From positions 82,271,737-82,328,401 of the forward strand of contig NC_068989.1 of the NCBI RefSeq assembly GCF_001194135.2: a stretch of 56,665 nucleotides of DNA, read 5' to 3'. Below the pieces are notes generated by a model, which had not been told where the DNA came from, did no database searches, and saw only the letters and a list, made by a program, of their open reading frames with translations. Source of the stretch: Octopus bimaculoides (lineage: Eukaryota). Below, piece after piece: positions 12,765 through 23,560 of the stretch; position 1 is the first letter of the stretch, and each line of letters starts with the position of its first letter. The position numbers and the translations under genes are program-made.

Positions 12765-13410
12765 AGTAGAAAGCTGGCAGAATCGCTGGAGCATCAAACA
12801 AAATGCTTAGTGGCATTTTCTTTTGGCATTTTGAGTTCAAACGCTGCCAAGGTTGACTTGGCCTTTCATCCTTTCAGGGTCGATAAAACAGATACCAGTT
12901 GAGTACTGGGGTCAATGCAATTGACTACTCTCTTCCTCCAAAATTTTAGGCCTTGTGCTCATACTGGAAGCTATAAGGTGGTGAGCTCACAGAATAGTTG
13001 GTGCACAGGACAAAATGTTCAGTGGAACTTCGCCTGTTGCTACGTTCTGAGCTCAAATTCCACTGAGGTCAACTTTGTCTTTCATCCTTACAGGGTTGAT
13101 AAATTAAGTACCTGTGAAGCACTGGGGTTGATGTAATAAACTAGTCCCCTCCCCACTAAATTTCAGACCTTGTGCCTTCAATAGAAAGGGTTATTATTTA
13201 GTAGTAGTAGTAGTAAGATGGTGAGAGTGTCAAGTAAAATACTTAGAGACATTTCTTCTGGTTTTACATTCTGAGTTCAAATTCCTCTGGGGTCAACTGC
13301 TTTATTTACTCATTCCAGCTTGGTAGAATGAGTACCAGTTGACTACTGGGGTCAACGTAATCAACTCCCACTAACTGTGGGTCCTGTGCCAAAATTTGAA
13401 AGAATTATTA
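12765..13410 (+). mobile_element. Three head-to-tail SINE family B copies
   Basis: Heads at about 12765, 12976 and 13215, each with CTGAG.TCAAATTCC and GAGTAC...CTGGGGT.A.TG motifs. Confidence 0.8.
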
Positions 13411-14191
13411 GCATTATCCTTATTTACTACTGATAAAGTAGAACTCTTTTACAAGTCTCTCTCTTTCTCTCTCTCTCTCAACGAAGCAAAAAGGGTTTTA
13501 CGAGATTAATAAAGACTTACTAAAAATACATGTTATAGAGGTAATTTTCTATAGTTTGGAGTCTCCCCTTACAGGAGTTGGCAAAAGTAAAAATAAGGTT
13601 TGTGTTTTATTTTTAGACAAAATTGTATTTTTTTCTTCTCATGTTACTGACAAAACAGCAATGACCATAAAGATTTTACACCAAATTCTCTAAAAGGAAA
13701 CCAAAAATATACAAAATGATACATTTCCACACATAGAAAATAAACAAACCAAAAGAATTTGAGTACAATACAAGATGTTAAAAAACATGAATGAACAAAG
13801 AGAAAACAGTTATTTTAACTCAACAGCAACAAGCATACATGTATCTTTTCAGGTGGAAATGTGAACAATAATAAATTGTCTTTTGCTGATGTTTTATCAA
13901 CAAAAAAAAGAAGAAAGGTTAAAGAAAAAGAAAGAAAAGTCTAGATATGAAACAATTTGCAGAGAATTCAAAGGTTTGGCAACACTTTGTTTTCTGGATT
14001 GGGGCCAGTTTTCCACAATCAATTACAGGGGTTCATGAGAAAAGGAAACTAACATACCTATATCTTGTGAAAGACACAATAGATTTCCTGATTCCATCTA
14101 AATACAAATTAGAGAGAACTCTGGAAAATATTTCAAATGAAATATCCTTTACTGGGAGAGGATGGGGTGCATATGACACTATGAGTAATAT

Positions 14192-14416
14192 TTAACCCTT
14201 TAACATTTAAACCAGCCATATCGGTCCCAAATATTCTACCTGTTTTATGTTCAAACTGGCCAGATCCAAACTCTCACACCTACCCTACAATGTCATTCTA
14301 AAAATAAACAATCACATCATTGAATTCTTCTAACGATGAGGTAATGCATGACTAATTCAAAACAATGTGAATAAATAAACTTTACATTTGACAGGGTAAC
14401 CTGAATGCTTTAGAGG
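14192..14416 (+). mobile_element. piggyBac-like MITE family P1
   Basis: TTAACCCTTTAACATTTAAACCAGCC start; body homologous to 5525 and 26408; right TIR decayed. Confidence 0.8.
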
Positions 14417-14450
14417 ACGGGGCAAAAGGTCCAAACACAATATGTGAAAC

Positions 14451-14921
14451 ACAAGGACCACCATCAGGGACATTGGTGACATTTGTGCCACCTTTGTGAC
14501 TCAATATAGACGGGTGGTAAGCACAGATGTAACCTTTGGTGATATGTAGTTAGGTGCAATCACTATTAATATACAGGTCCTCATGACTTTGCAAGATCAC
14601 AAATCAATACTGTGTCTCGTAGAAGGTGTTGAGTGGAAGAAAACGTTCAGTATTCACAACAAACAGCCCAGCTGTTACACAGGTGGAAGCGAAACTCATC
14701 TGAAAATATTCTGTACAGAAAATCCAAAACAAAAGGCATCTATCACAAATCATGTAAGTTTTGGTCCTAGGATAGCACCAGACACAACTCATGAGTTAGC
14801 AAATGAAATTATCCTATCCTCATTACCAAGAGTAGACCATGATAACCTAAAGCCTTCTCCCCCAGACACAAACATTAAAGCCAAGTCATCCATAGTAACA
14901 ACTACAATAGCTAAGATCTAA
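14451..14921 (+). pseudogene. Degenerate LINE ORF1/gag-like fragment with decayed CCHC zinc knuckle
   Basis: One frame with a single stop; C-Y-T-G-G-S-E-T-H-L-K-I-F-C fits CX2CX4HX4C if the GGT codon was TGT. Confidence 0.45.
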
Positions 14922-15419
14922 CAACCCGGAAGTACTCCCTCATAGTAGTACTACTTCATCTACTTATGACGATAGGGGAACAGACAGTGGCCAATGGGAT
15001 CAAACAGACTCCCTAAGAAAAAAAAAAGCCATTCTTGTTTGTGAGGTTCGCTTTCCTGTGATTAGTTGTCATGATTTCTTTCTAGGTCTTGCTCTTCCAC
15101 AAGTTCCAACCACTTCAAGGACTCAGTACTTCTTTATACAACAAACATCTTTCATACATAGCACATGCATCTACCAGAACAGGTAGGTAGAAGACAAAGA
15201 GGCGAGACACACAAGCACTACCAACAGAAATGTTAAAAAGAGGTAGATATCTGGCATCTCCTACCAACCATATACATGTCTCATTTCCAACCAGAGCTTC
15301 ACTTCATGGATTTGGATGTACAGTTAACAAAGTATCCAGAAATGAAAGAGGAGAGTGTCATGATTGGATTCACTGGATAATCTTGAGAAAGTGAGCAAGT
15401 GGTGATCAACTAATTGACA

Positions 15420-15600
15420 TACATTTGTTTATTGCCCTCTCTATTTTCGCACTTGTCTTTCTGTAGAAGAGTGTATGCTTGGAAATATAACAGAATTTCT
15501 CTTCTATTTTTCCTGAGCATAAATCTAATAGACTCTGTATGTTTTTTTTTTGTTTTTTTTACTTTGTCTTCATAATTTTTATTTTCATTTTTGCATCATA
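15420..15600 (+). mobile_element. Penelope-like pseudo-LTR fragment, family G, CpG-decayed
   Basis: TCTTT-CTGTAGA-A-GAGT-GTAT-GCTT-GGAAAT-ATA is a decayed version of the motif at 54598. Confidence 0.55.
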
Positions 15601-15619
15601 TGTGTGTGTACAGAAGTAC

Positions 15620-16125
15620 GGATTTGTGTGGCTGTGTGGTCAATAACTTTGCTTCACATTTCCATGGCTTCCAATTCATTTCCACAACATGGCACCTTAG
15701 GCAAGTGTCTTCTCTTATAGTGCCAAGTTAACCAAAGCTTTGTAAATAAATTGGTAGACAGAAACTGAAAAGAACCTTATCATACATAAATCCACACATG
15801 CATACATATACACACACATGTATTGTATATAAATGCACACACATGCACATGTACTTATATATCATGTGTGTAAGTGTATGCACATGCATAATGGTATGTG
15901 TCTCTTTGTCCTGATTACACTGATTACAAGCAAACTTCACTGTCATATGAGCAGTGAAGTCTGTTAATGTTCTTTGAAAAAAAACCCAGACCAAGGGGAA
16001 AATATAATCTTGCTTAGAAACAAGTGAAGATTGGTGACGGAAAGAGTATCTGACTGCAGAAAATCTGCCTCTACAAATCTCATCTGACCCAGACAAGCAT
16101 GGAAAAGTAGATTTCAAAATGCGTA
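15620..16125 (+). mobile_element. Old SINE: family A-type head + microsatellite + family D body and RTE-type tail
   Basis: GGCTGTGTGG...CACCTTAGGCAAGTGTCTT head; 3' GATTGGTGACGGAAAGAGTATC...GCATGGAAAAGTAGA. Confidence 0.65.
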
Positions 16126-16464
16126 TCAGGACAATTACCCCCGATGACAACTACCCACTAGGACAATATATACATATTAGTCCTGATCGTGGTGTATATG
16201 CATAAATAACTGTTGCTTGCTTTGTTAATACAATTGGTTCAGATTTAAGCTTTATTCTGCTAAATACCCTGATTATCTCAGTTACTTCATTTCTTTGCCT
16301 CCATTAACTCTGCCACTGTTACTAAACCAGAATAATTTGGGCTCTTAGCCCATGTGGAATCCAGCTAATTACCCTCTGTCTTACATCAACTTGTAATTAC
16401 CCTCCGTCTTACATCAACTTGCCTTTATTCATATATAAATATATATATATATACATATATATAT

Positions 16465-16712
16465 AAGGTAGTTCTATATTTAAGAGATGAGGAATTATGT
16501 ACATTATTTACAATTGATGGATATTTGTCCTCATCTTGCTTGTTAACACAACGTTTCGGTTGATATACCCTCCAGCCTTCATCAGGTGTCTTGGGGAAAT
16601 TTTGAACCTGGGTTCTCATTCTTAAGGTATTTTTCGATATTATTATTCAGGTAATCGAACTCGGAATTTTGGGGTTAGTAGCCCGCGCTCTTAACCACTA
16701 CGCCATATGCCC
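16465..16712 (-). mobile_element. tRNA-headed, hammerhead-like-motif-bearing element, left arm
   Basis: A box TGGCGTAGTGG, B box GTTCGATT; hammerhead-like motif at 16545-16590; 3' end abuts (TA)n at 16430-16465. Confidence 0.8.
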
Positions 16713-16714
16713 AT

Positions 16715-16733
16715 GGGTTAGGGTTAGGGTTAG
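16715..16733 (+). repeat. Interstitial telomeric repeat (GGGTTA)3G between the two arms
   Basis: GGGTTAGGGTTAGGGTTAG. Confidence 0.85.
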
Positions 16734-16970
16734 AGCATATGGCATAGTGGTTAAGAGCACGGGTTACTAATCCCAAGATTCCGAGTTCGATTCCAGGCAG
16801 TGACCTGAATAATAATAACAACAACAACATCGAAAAATACCTTAGGAATGAGAATTCCGGTTTGAAATTTCTCCAAGACACCTGATGAAGGCTGGAGGGT
16901 ATATCAGCCGAAACATTGTGTTAACAACAAACAAGAGGAGGACAAATATCTGTCAATTGTAAATAATGTA
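16734..16970 (+). mobile_element. tRNA-headed, hammerhead-like-motif-bearing element, right arm
   Basis: Reverse complement of 16500-16712 with point changes and small indels; A box TGGCATAGTGG, B box GTTCGATTCC. Confidence 0.8.
16877..16922 (+). ncRNA. Minimal type I hammerhead ribozyme-like motif
   Basis: GACAC-CTGATGA-A-GGCTG-GAGGGTATAT-CAGCC-GAAAC-ATT-GTGTT; the opposite arm has GAAAC-GTT. Stems I and II pair. Confidence 0.7.
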
Positions 16971-17091
16971 TATATTAGGCAGTATTCCAGAATGGCCACA
17001 GTCAAATGACAGAAATTATATACATGTATATACACACACACATACAATCCTTCCAGAGCTACCTTTCATTGGCAGCTCTAAAGTTTTGTAC

Positions 17092-17297
17092 CTGACAGGA
17101 AGAAGAGGTAAGGTTTCTGGTAGTTGGTGGGTTGTTTGATATATATGTTAACAAGGGAGGCTTGATGAGGTCTGGTAGGGCTGACACAAGTCCATGGTTG
17201 CCTCCTTGTCTTTCAGAGATAGACTTCTTATGGTCTGGAAGTTGTCTTGCTTTGACTGTGTGATTTGTCAACAATTCTTTTTGCTTTCTTTCCCCAA
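17092..17297 (-). CDS. Candidate 206-nt exon (..GERKQKELLTNHTVKARQLPDHKKSISERQGG...SSSCQ)
   Basis: Acceptor TTCATTCTTAG, donor CAG|GTACAA, open for 68 codons, phase 1 to 0; no recognised homology. Confidence 0.3.
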
Positions 17298-17527
17298 CTA
17301 AGAATGAAGTTTCAGATAGTTAAGAATGTTCAGGGCACCTCATTTAGTACATAATCATCTTTTAAAGCTATGAGCCTGATAAGGAAATACTTGGAGATGT
17401 ATAAGGCTGGTAGAGACGAGATAACTTACATTGAATAATTATTTCTTATATACAGATATTTATGATTGTGTGTGCATGTACATATATACACACATACGTG
17501 TGTGCATGCACAAACCACACTTACATA

Positions 17528-18128
17528 CAATCTTTTACTCTTTTACTTGTTTCAGTCATTGGACTACGGCCAGGCTTGGGCACAGCCTTGAAGGATTTAG
17601 TCAAAGCAATCGACCCCAGAATTTAATTTTAAGTTGGGTACTTATTCTATCAATCGCTTTTGCCATACTGCTAAGTAAGTGGATATAAACAAACAAACAC
17701 TGGCTGTCAAGCAGTGAGGGTACAAATGCAACATGCACGCACATACAGATACACACACATACACACAACGGGCTTCTACACAGTTTCTTATTTCTTTATT
17801 GCCCACAAGGGGCTAAACATAGAGGGGACAAACCAGGACAGACAAAGGGATTAAGTCGATTACATCGACCCCAGTGCGTAACTGGTACTTAATTTATCGA
17901 CCCCGAAAGGATGAAAGGTAAAGTCGACCTCGGCGGAATTTGAACTCAGAACGTAACATTTCGCCCAGCGTGCTAATGTTTCTGCCAGTTCGTCGTCTTC
18001 TACACAGTTTCTATTTACCAAAATCACTCACAAGGCTTTGTTTAGACTGGAGCTGTAACAGAAGACATTTACCCAAAGACTGAACCTGAAACCATGTGGT
18101 TGTGAACTTCTTAACCATGCAGCCATGC
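17528..18128 (-). mobile_element. SINE family A split by a SINE B insertion
   Basis: A body at 17528-17788 resumes at about 18000-18128. Confidence 0.85.
17789..17998 (-). mobile_element. SINE family B (alternative tail), nested, with TSD
   Basis: Direct repeat CTTCTACACAGTTTCT at 17773-17788 and 17997-18012; tail ...GGGCAATAAAGAAATAAG differs from the other B copies. Confidence 0.9.
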
Positions 18129-18740
18129 TTATATCTGTAAAATCTCTATGCACCTGGGTGAAATACATGTGTGGATGAGTTGGAGGTATATTAAATACCA
18201 TACAACATAAATCAAAATTTTATGTTGTATATTATTTGGTATATCTGTATTTGTCTTTGTGGTTGAAGTACATGCTGCTGGCCATTCTTGGTTATTTCTC
18301 TTAGCTCAATTTCATTTACATTATGCAAGTTACCTCAGCCGTAATTGTGTTCCACTCTTTTTTGTACATGCCAATGTGCCTTAGTCACTGAACATAAGGT
18401 TGGACAATTGGTATGCTGATGACACCTATCAAGGCAGAAACATGTCTCTATGACTGTCCTCTTATCTTTAGACAATAAATCTGTCCTTTTTTAATGGTAT
18501 CTCAAATTTGGAGACTTCTTGATTGAGATCATCTGCCCTTCGCATATGCAGCTGGTTTTAATTGCTATTTGGTAATTATGATATATCCTCTCGAGGCAGA
18601 GATGTAATTAATCAAGAATTTATGCAGTTTAGTAGTTAATATACCTGTATTTCTCTCTCTATATGTATGTGTGTGTGTGTTTGTGTGTGTATTTATGGGT
18701 GTATTTGATAATTTTATTGATAGTAACTTCGAAGATTCAC

Positions 18741-18793
18741 CACTCGTTGGCTTCATCAAAGTTGATGAGTGTTGAAGCTATGAAGTACTGTGA
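18741..18793 (-). CDS. Candidate 53-nt exon containing a start codon (ATG at 18756-18754, MKPTS)
   Basis: Acceptor TTAATTTTAG, donor G|GTGAAT, in-frame upstream TAG; ends in phase 1, matching the 17297 exon. Confidence 0.25.
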
Positions 18794-18877
18794 CTAAAAT
18801 TAATTAAATAATTAATTAAAATTATAAGCATCAGGCTCTACACGTGGAAAAGCCTTTATTCATTTAATGTTAACAGT

Positions 18878-19007
18878 TGTTACATATATAAAAAATGCTA
18901 AATTTTAGATAGGTATGTGTGTAATGTACATATGTATGTGTATATACACATACACACATATAAATGCATTCTACACACACGAATTATATCACAATGGTGT
19001 CAGAAGT
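18878..19007 (+). mobile_element. Possible short LTR plus primer-binding site (PBS) remnant
   Basis: TGTTAC...TATCACA (18878-18993), one base, then TGGTGTCAGAAGT (18995-19007), complementary to a tRNA-Leu-type 3' end as recalled for gypsy-like PBS. Confidence 0.4.
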
Positions 19008-19186
19008 TACACGTTTCAAATGGGTCAGTCATTAGTTTACAAGATTCGGGATGGAGAAAGTCACAAGGGTGTACCTGTAACTCGGTGCAGAACAAACATT
19101 GTGAGGGACTTCATGCGATAAGAACCAGTTTTTAGCTTTCTCAATGTTTATAATTTCCCCTGTATGCAACATACAACATTGGTGTG

Positions 19187-19293
<107 letters not shown>

Positions 19294-19849
19294 CGGGCTA
19301 CCGCGCAGTTTTCGTCCTCTCAATTCTGTTCTCAATGTAGTGGTCAGCAAAACTCTACAGTAGCAAGCACTTCCCCAAATGTATACGGGACACATGTATT
19401 TATAGATGTGGATACCTACATACATACATAATGCAAACGTACATATCGTACACACATACACATAGATAGATATAACCGGCTCGTGTTTTTGCCGTATGTA
19501 TATGTACATTATTAATGATGATGATGATGATGATAATAATAACGATAACAACAATAACGCAGAGGCATGAATCTCACAACACAACACTTTTCCATAATTA
19601 CTATACACGAACGTAACAGATCGTATACACATAAGCCCAATCATGAATGTATAACACACACACATATGATACAACGGTTTCGCAATAAATGAGGCAAGAA
19701 TTCCGCCCAAACAGGAAAGGATTGTAGCCGTTTGGTGTGGACAAAACAAGGTTTCTGGATAGGATATATATATAGTCATATATATGACAATATGTATATA
19801 TATATATTGTTATATATATGACTATTGCTGAGGGTTTATGGTAGAGCCC

Positions 19850-20540
19850 CGCAACCTTCCAATTAACGAGGGACTTTTACACACATGAGAGGAGCGGCAG
19901 TCAATCAAATACTTTGGATTCGGCATTTAAAAAAAAAAATTTCTTGTCATTTCTTCCCGTTCGACTGCCAAAAACATGTAATAAGTGGCCAAAAGTCGGG
20001 GATTATTTTAACGAGTGTGCCACATTATAAAATAAACCCCGACTTACCGTCCGCTCACTACAAGCTGACGTGTGCCCACATAAAACAGGATATTTTTTTT
20101 TTTAATTACAATTAATAAGAATGGAAAGAATTGGGTTGACTTTACAATATTCTGGTGGTTCTTTCTTTTTTTTCGTAACACCAATACAAAACAAGATAAT
20201 TGATTATAGAAGCAATAATATTAAGCGAAAGGAAATGTCCTAAAACACTCAATGATTATAGAATTAAAAACTACATCAAAATATGGTAAAATTGAGGAAT
20301 AATTGGGGGTAAAAAAAAACCAGAAAACAAAATCGTCCAATTTCCATTCTGGTAAATATTGTAAAATAATGGTGAAATTTAAGAGTTAAATCGCGGCAAG
20401 CTTAAATAAAAACATAGAATTAAATATCTTCTTAATGCTAGCAAGTGCGAGTTATATGTGTGTGAGGGCGCGTGTATAATATATATAAATAAATGTATGT
20501 ATGTGTATGTGTATAGTGTGAAGAGATAGATACATACATG

Positions 20541-20574
<34 letters not shown>

Positions 20575-21130
20575 TTATGTATATCTATATATATTTATAT
20601 ATTAAATAGGAAAAGATAAATTATCATTATACTTACATTTGTATACATTCTCAATTGAAATATCCCATGGCAAACAACGTGTATATAAACACAAATGTAT
20701 ATATATTATAGAATTATATATATGAGTGCATGCTTGAGTGATGTATATAACCACGTTATAAATATATATATATATATGTGTGTGTGTGTATGTATGTATA
20801 TATATATATATAAAGGTATTAATGTTGACCGGGGTATATGAGATGCCGGAAATGTGAAGCTAGTAGGACAGATGTTGTAGTTAAAAGAGGCAGCAACTGT
20901 GGTCTATGGTGTTTAGCAACAGAGGTAATACAACTGAGTTGTGTACACAGAAAGAGAGAGAGAGGAGGAGGAGAAGAAGTCCGTCACCAACACCGCTGCT
21001 ACTGTAGCAACTGCTGCTGTTGTTGTTGTTGGTGGTGGTGCTGCTGCTGCTGTTGATATGCGCGCGCCCGCGTGCGTGCGTGTGTAAGCAATATCTCCGT
21101 CACCACTATCACACTGTCGTTGAGAGCTGC
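19850..21130. promoter_or_regulatory. Putative (bidirectional) promoter / first-exon region
   Basis: CpG-retaining unique sequence; minus-strand donor ACG|GTAAGT at 20048/20047; TGACGTG at about 20066; ETS-like CCGGAAAT at 20846; plus-strand donor GT|GTAAGC at 21084. Confidence 0.4.
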
Positions 21131-21251
21131 ACCACAGCCTTCACCGCCATTATCACTTCACGCATTACCACCACCACCACCATCATCATTACTACTACTA
21201 CTATAACATTTCACAGAAATTGCCACCGACAACACAATCACCACCACCACC

Positions 21252-21282
<31 letters not shown>

Positions 21283-22085
21283 TAACANNNNNNNNNNNNN
21301 NNNNNNNNNNNNNNNNNNNNNNNNNNNNNNNNNNNNNNNNNNNNNNNNNNNNNNNNNNNNNNNNNNNNNNNNNNNNNNNNNNNNNNNNNNNNNNNNNNNN
21401 NNNNNNNNNNNNNNNNNNNNNNNNNNNNNNNNNNNNNNNNNNNNNNNNNNNNNNNNNNNNNNNNNNNNNNNNNNNNNNNNNNNNNNNNNNNNNNNNNNNN
21501 NNACCATCATCACCATCACCACCACCACCACCACCACCACTGCCGCCACTACGACTACCCCCACCAACACCACTGTCTTTTCACAGCAGCATCACCGGTA
21601 CCATTACATACACCGCTACCAGTACACTCACCTCCACCACAACTAATTCACAGCACCACTTCTACCATCGTCCTCCCCCATTATGCACCACCCCCACACA
21701 CCACCACTGCTTGATGCTGCAAAGAAACTTCTACATGGTTCCTTGACTCGAGAAAAAATAACAGCCAAATCGCCCTCATATTGTGCATGAGAATCTGAAG
21801 AATGAACACTGAGGACAATGTTGTGTTGAGTTCCCCTACAGATGGGATGGTCATGGTTGAATTGCTTCATCATTGTGCCATTCAGTTAGTGTTGACCTGG
21901 GGTTAAACACCACCAATTATACCCAGCAGAAACTACCACCGAAACCACCAACACCACCGCTGCTGTCACCACTACTACCACCACTACTACCATCACTGCC
22001 ACCACCTCTACCAGTACCACCAGTACCACCATAACCACTACTACCACCGCCACAATCACCACCACCATCACCACTACCATCGTTA
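21120..22085. repeat. (CAC/TAC/CAT)n trinucleotide low-complexity tracts
   Basis: Directly visible, flanking a gap and a unique stretch at about 21.65-21.9 kb. Confidence 0.9.
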
Positions 22086-22218
22086 TACACCTGCAATTTA
22101 CTGAATGGAGTACCATGGGAGATCTGTCCTCTTTCCCGCTCTTTTTAACATGTACCTACACAACTTTCCACACTTCAGCAAAATACACACACATACACAC
22201 AAATACAGACACAGACAT

Positions 22219-22264
<46 letters not shown>

Positions 22265-22364
22265 ATACATAGATGACATTACATTCACAAATTCTCACCA
22301 TTCTGCAGACACTACCACATGACTTCTTTAACCTTATATAAATCACTTGGAAATCTGGTTCCAA

Positions 22365-22635
22365 TGAGCCGAGCTGGCAAAAATGTTAGCATGCTGGGCA
22401 AAATGCTTAGCAGTATTTTGTCTGTCTTTATGCTCTGAGTTCCGAAGTCGACTTTGCCTTTCATCCTTTCAGGGTCGATAAATTAACAGTTGTGTACNNN
22501 NNNNNNNTCCGAAGTCGACTTTGCCTTTCATCCTTTCAGGGTCGATAAATTAACAGTTGTGTACTGGGGTCGATCTAATCAATTGGCCCCCTCCCCCAAA
22601 ATTTCGGGCCTTGTGCCTAGAGTACAAAAGAATCT
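22365..22635 (+). mobile_element. SINE family B (57 bp duplicated across a 10-N gap)
   Basis: GAGCTGGCAAAAATGTTAGC head to CCTTGTGCCTAGAGTACAAAAG tail. Confidence 0.85.
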
Positions 22636-22792
22636 GGTTCTGTGACGGCATTCTTTAAAAATATACTTACTAAGTAATCCAGTTTCTTTTCTTACCAACA
22701 ACACCAAAGAACATAAAAATTTGAGCAACCCATACACTCAACAACATAAACATTCACATGCACATGCAAACACACACATACACACGTGCACA

Positions 22793-23212
22793 CAGCGCTG
22801 GGTTAACTAACAATTAAGCAAAGTAAGCACATGCTTAGGGCATCAAAGAAGGAGGGAGCACCACAGAAATGGCAAATGGTTTACTGCACAAAAGAAATCA
22901 CTTTAAACCTGCTAAAATAATATTCGGGAAGCCTTTATCTCTACTAAGTATAGATGCAGATGTGTTACCTAAGATTAATTTTGAGGATCTGATCAAAGAC
23001 TTTGCAATTTAAAAAAGTGGGAGAACACTTTTCAAATATAAATAAAATGTAAGTATAAACATTATTTTCCCTCTTACTGTTTTGCTTTGTTTTGAAAAAT
23101 AAAAATTTATTTTATGGTTTGTTATTGTTTATATTTTGAATTACTTAATCTTTTATGGGGACACCAAAATCTTTTAAGTGCTTAGGGCCTTGCTGGGTCT
23201 TAATCAATCCTG
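22793..23212 (+). mobile_element. hAT (Tip100-like) deletion derivative retaining a dimerisation-domain remnant
   Basis: Termini CAGCGCTGGGTTAA / TTAATCAATCCTG; 22930-23030 translates LSLLSIDADVLPKINFEDLIKDFAI*K; GCTTAGGGC near both ends. Confidence 0.7.
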
Positions 23213-23249
23213 CACACACACACACACACACAGAATATAAAGTTACTCA

Positions 23250-23560
23250 CTGGCAATTCCTCGGTTATGACAACAAAGGTTCCACTTGATCCAATCAATG
23301 GAACAACCTGCTCATAAAGTTAACCTGCAAATGGCTGAGTACTCCACAGTCATGCATACCCATAATATAGTTCTCAGGAAGATTCTGCATGACACAGAAT
23401 GTGACGAGGCTGGCCTTTTGAAATACAGGTACAACCTAATTTTGCTAGCCGAGTGGGGAGGACAGAACCAAGGAAAAATAAAGTACCTTGCTCAAGGTCA
23501 CAACACACCACTGGGTATTGAACTCTTGGCCTTACGATTGTGAATTTAATACCCCTAACC
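23250..23560 (-). mobile_element. SINE family E2, old copy
   Basis: Colinear with 35203-35520, with CpG decay. Confidence 0.8.

Noticed and set aside
13568-13600. TACAGGAGTTGGCAAAAGT as a Tc1 terminus
   Set aside because: No matching opposite TIR or transposase remnant found
13947-14195. 82-aa ORF starting MKQFAENSKVWQHF (BED-finger-like start)
   Set aside because: The Cys/His ligands of a BED finger are missing and there is no splice or homology support
16734-16810. tRNA gene
   Set aside because: A and B boxes and an anticodon-like loop are present, but acceptor stem pairing is poor and the sequence is fused to a repeat body; treated as a SINE head. The same applies to the heads at 35450-35520 and 39842-39900
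20838-21646. Cys-rich and His/Thr-rich ORFs in the island
   Set aside because: Produced by (TGC/TGT/CAC)n tracts; no domain evidence
21643-21890. Short open frames on both strands in unique sequence
   Set aside because: Weak splice signals and no recognisable homology; cannot choose a strand or frame
22441-22564. 57-bp tandem duplication
   Set aside because: Identical sequence on both sides of a 10-N gap; an unmerged contig overlap
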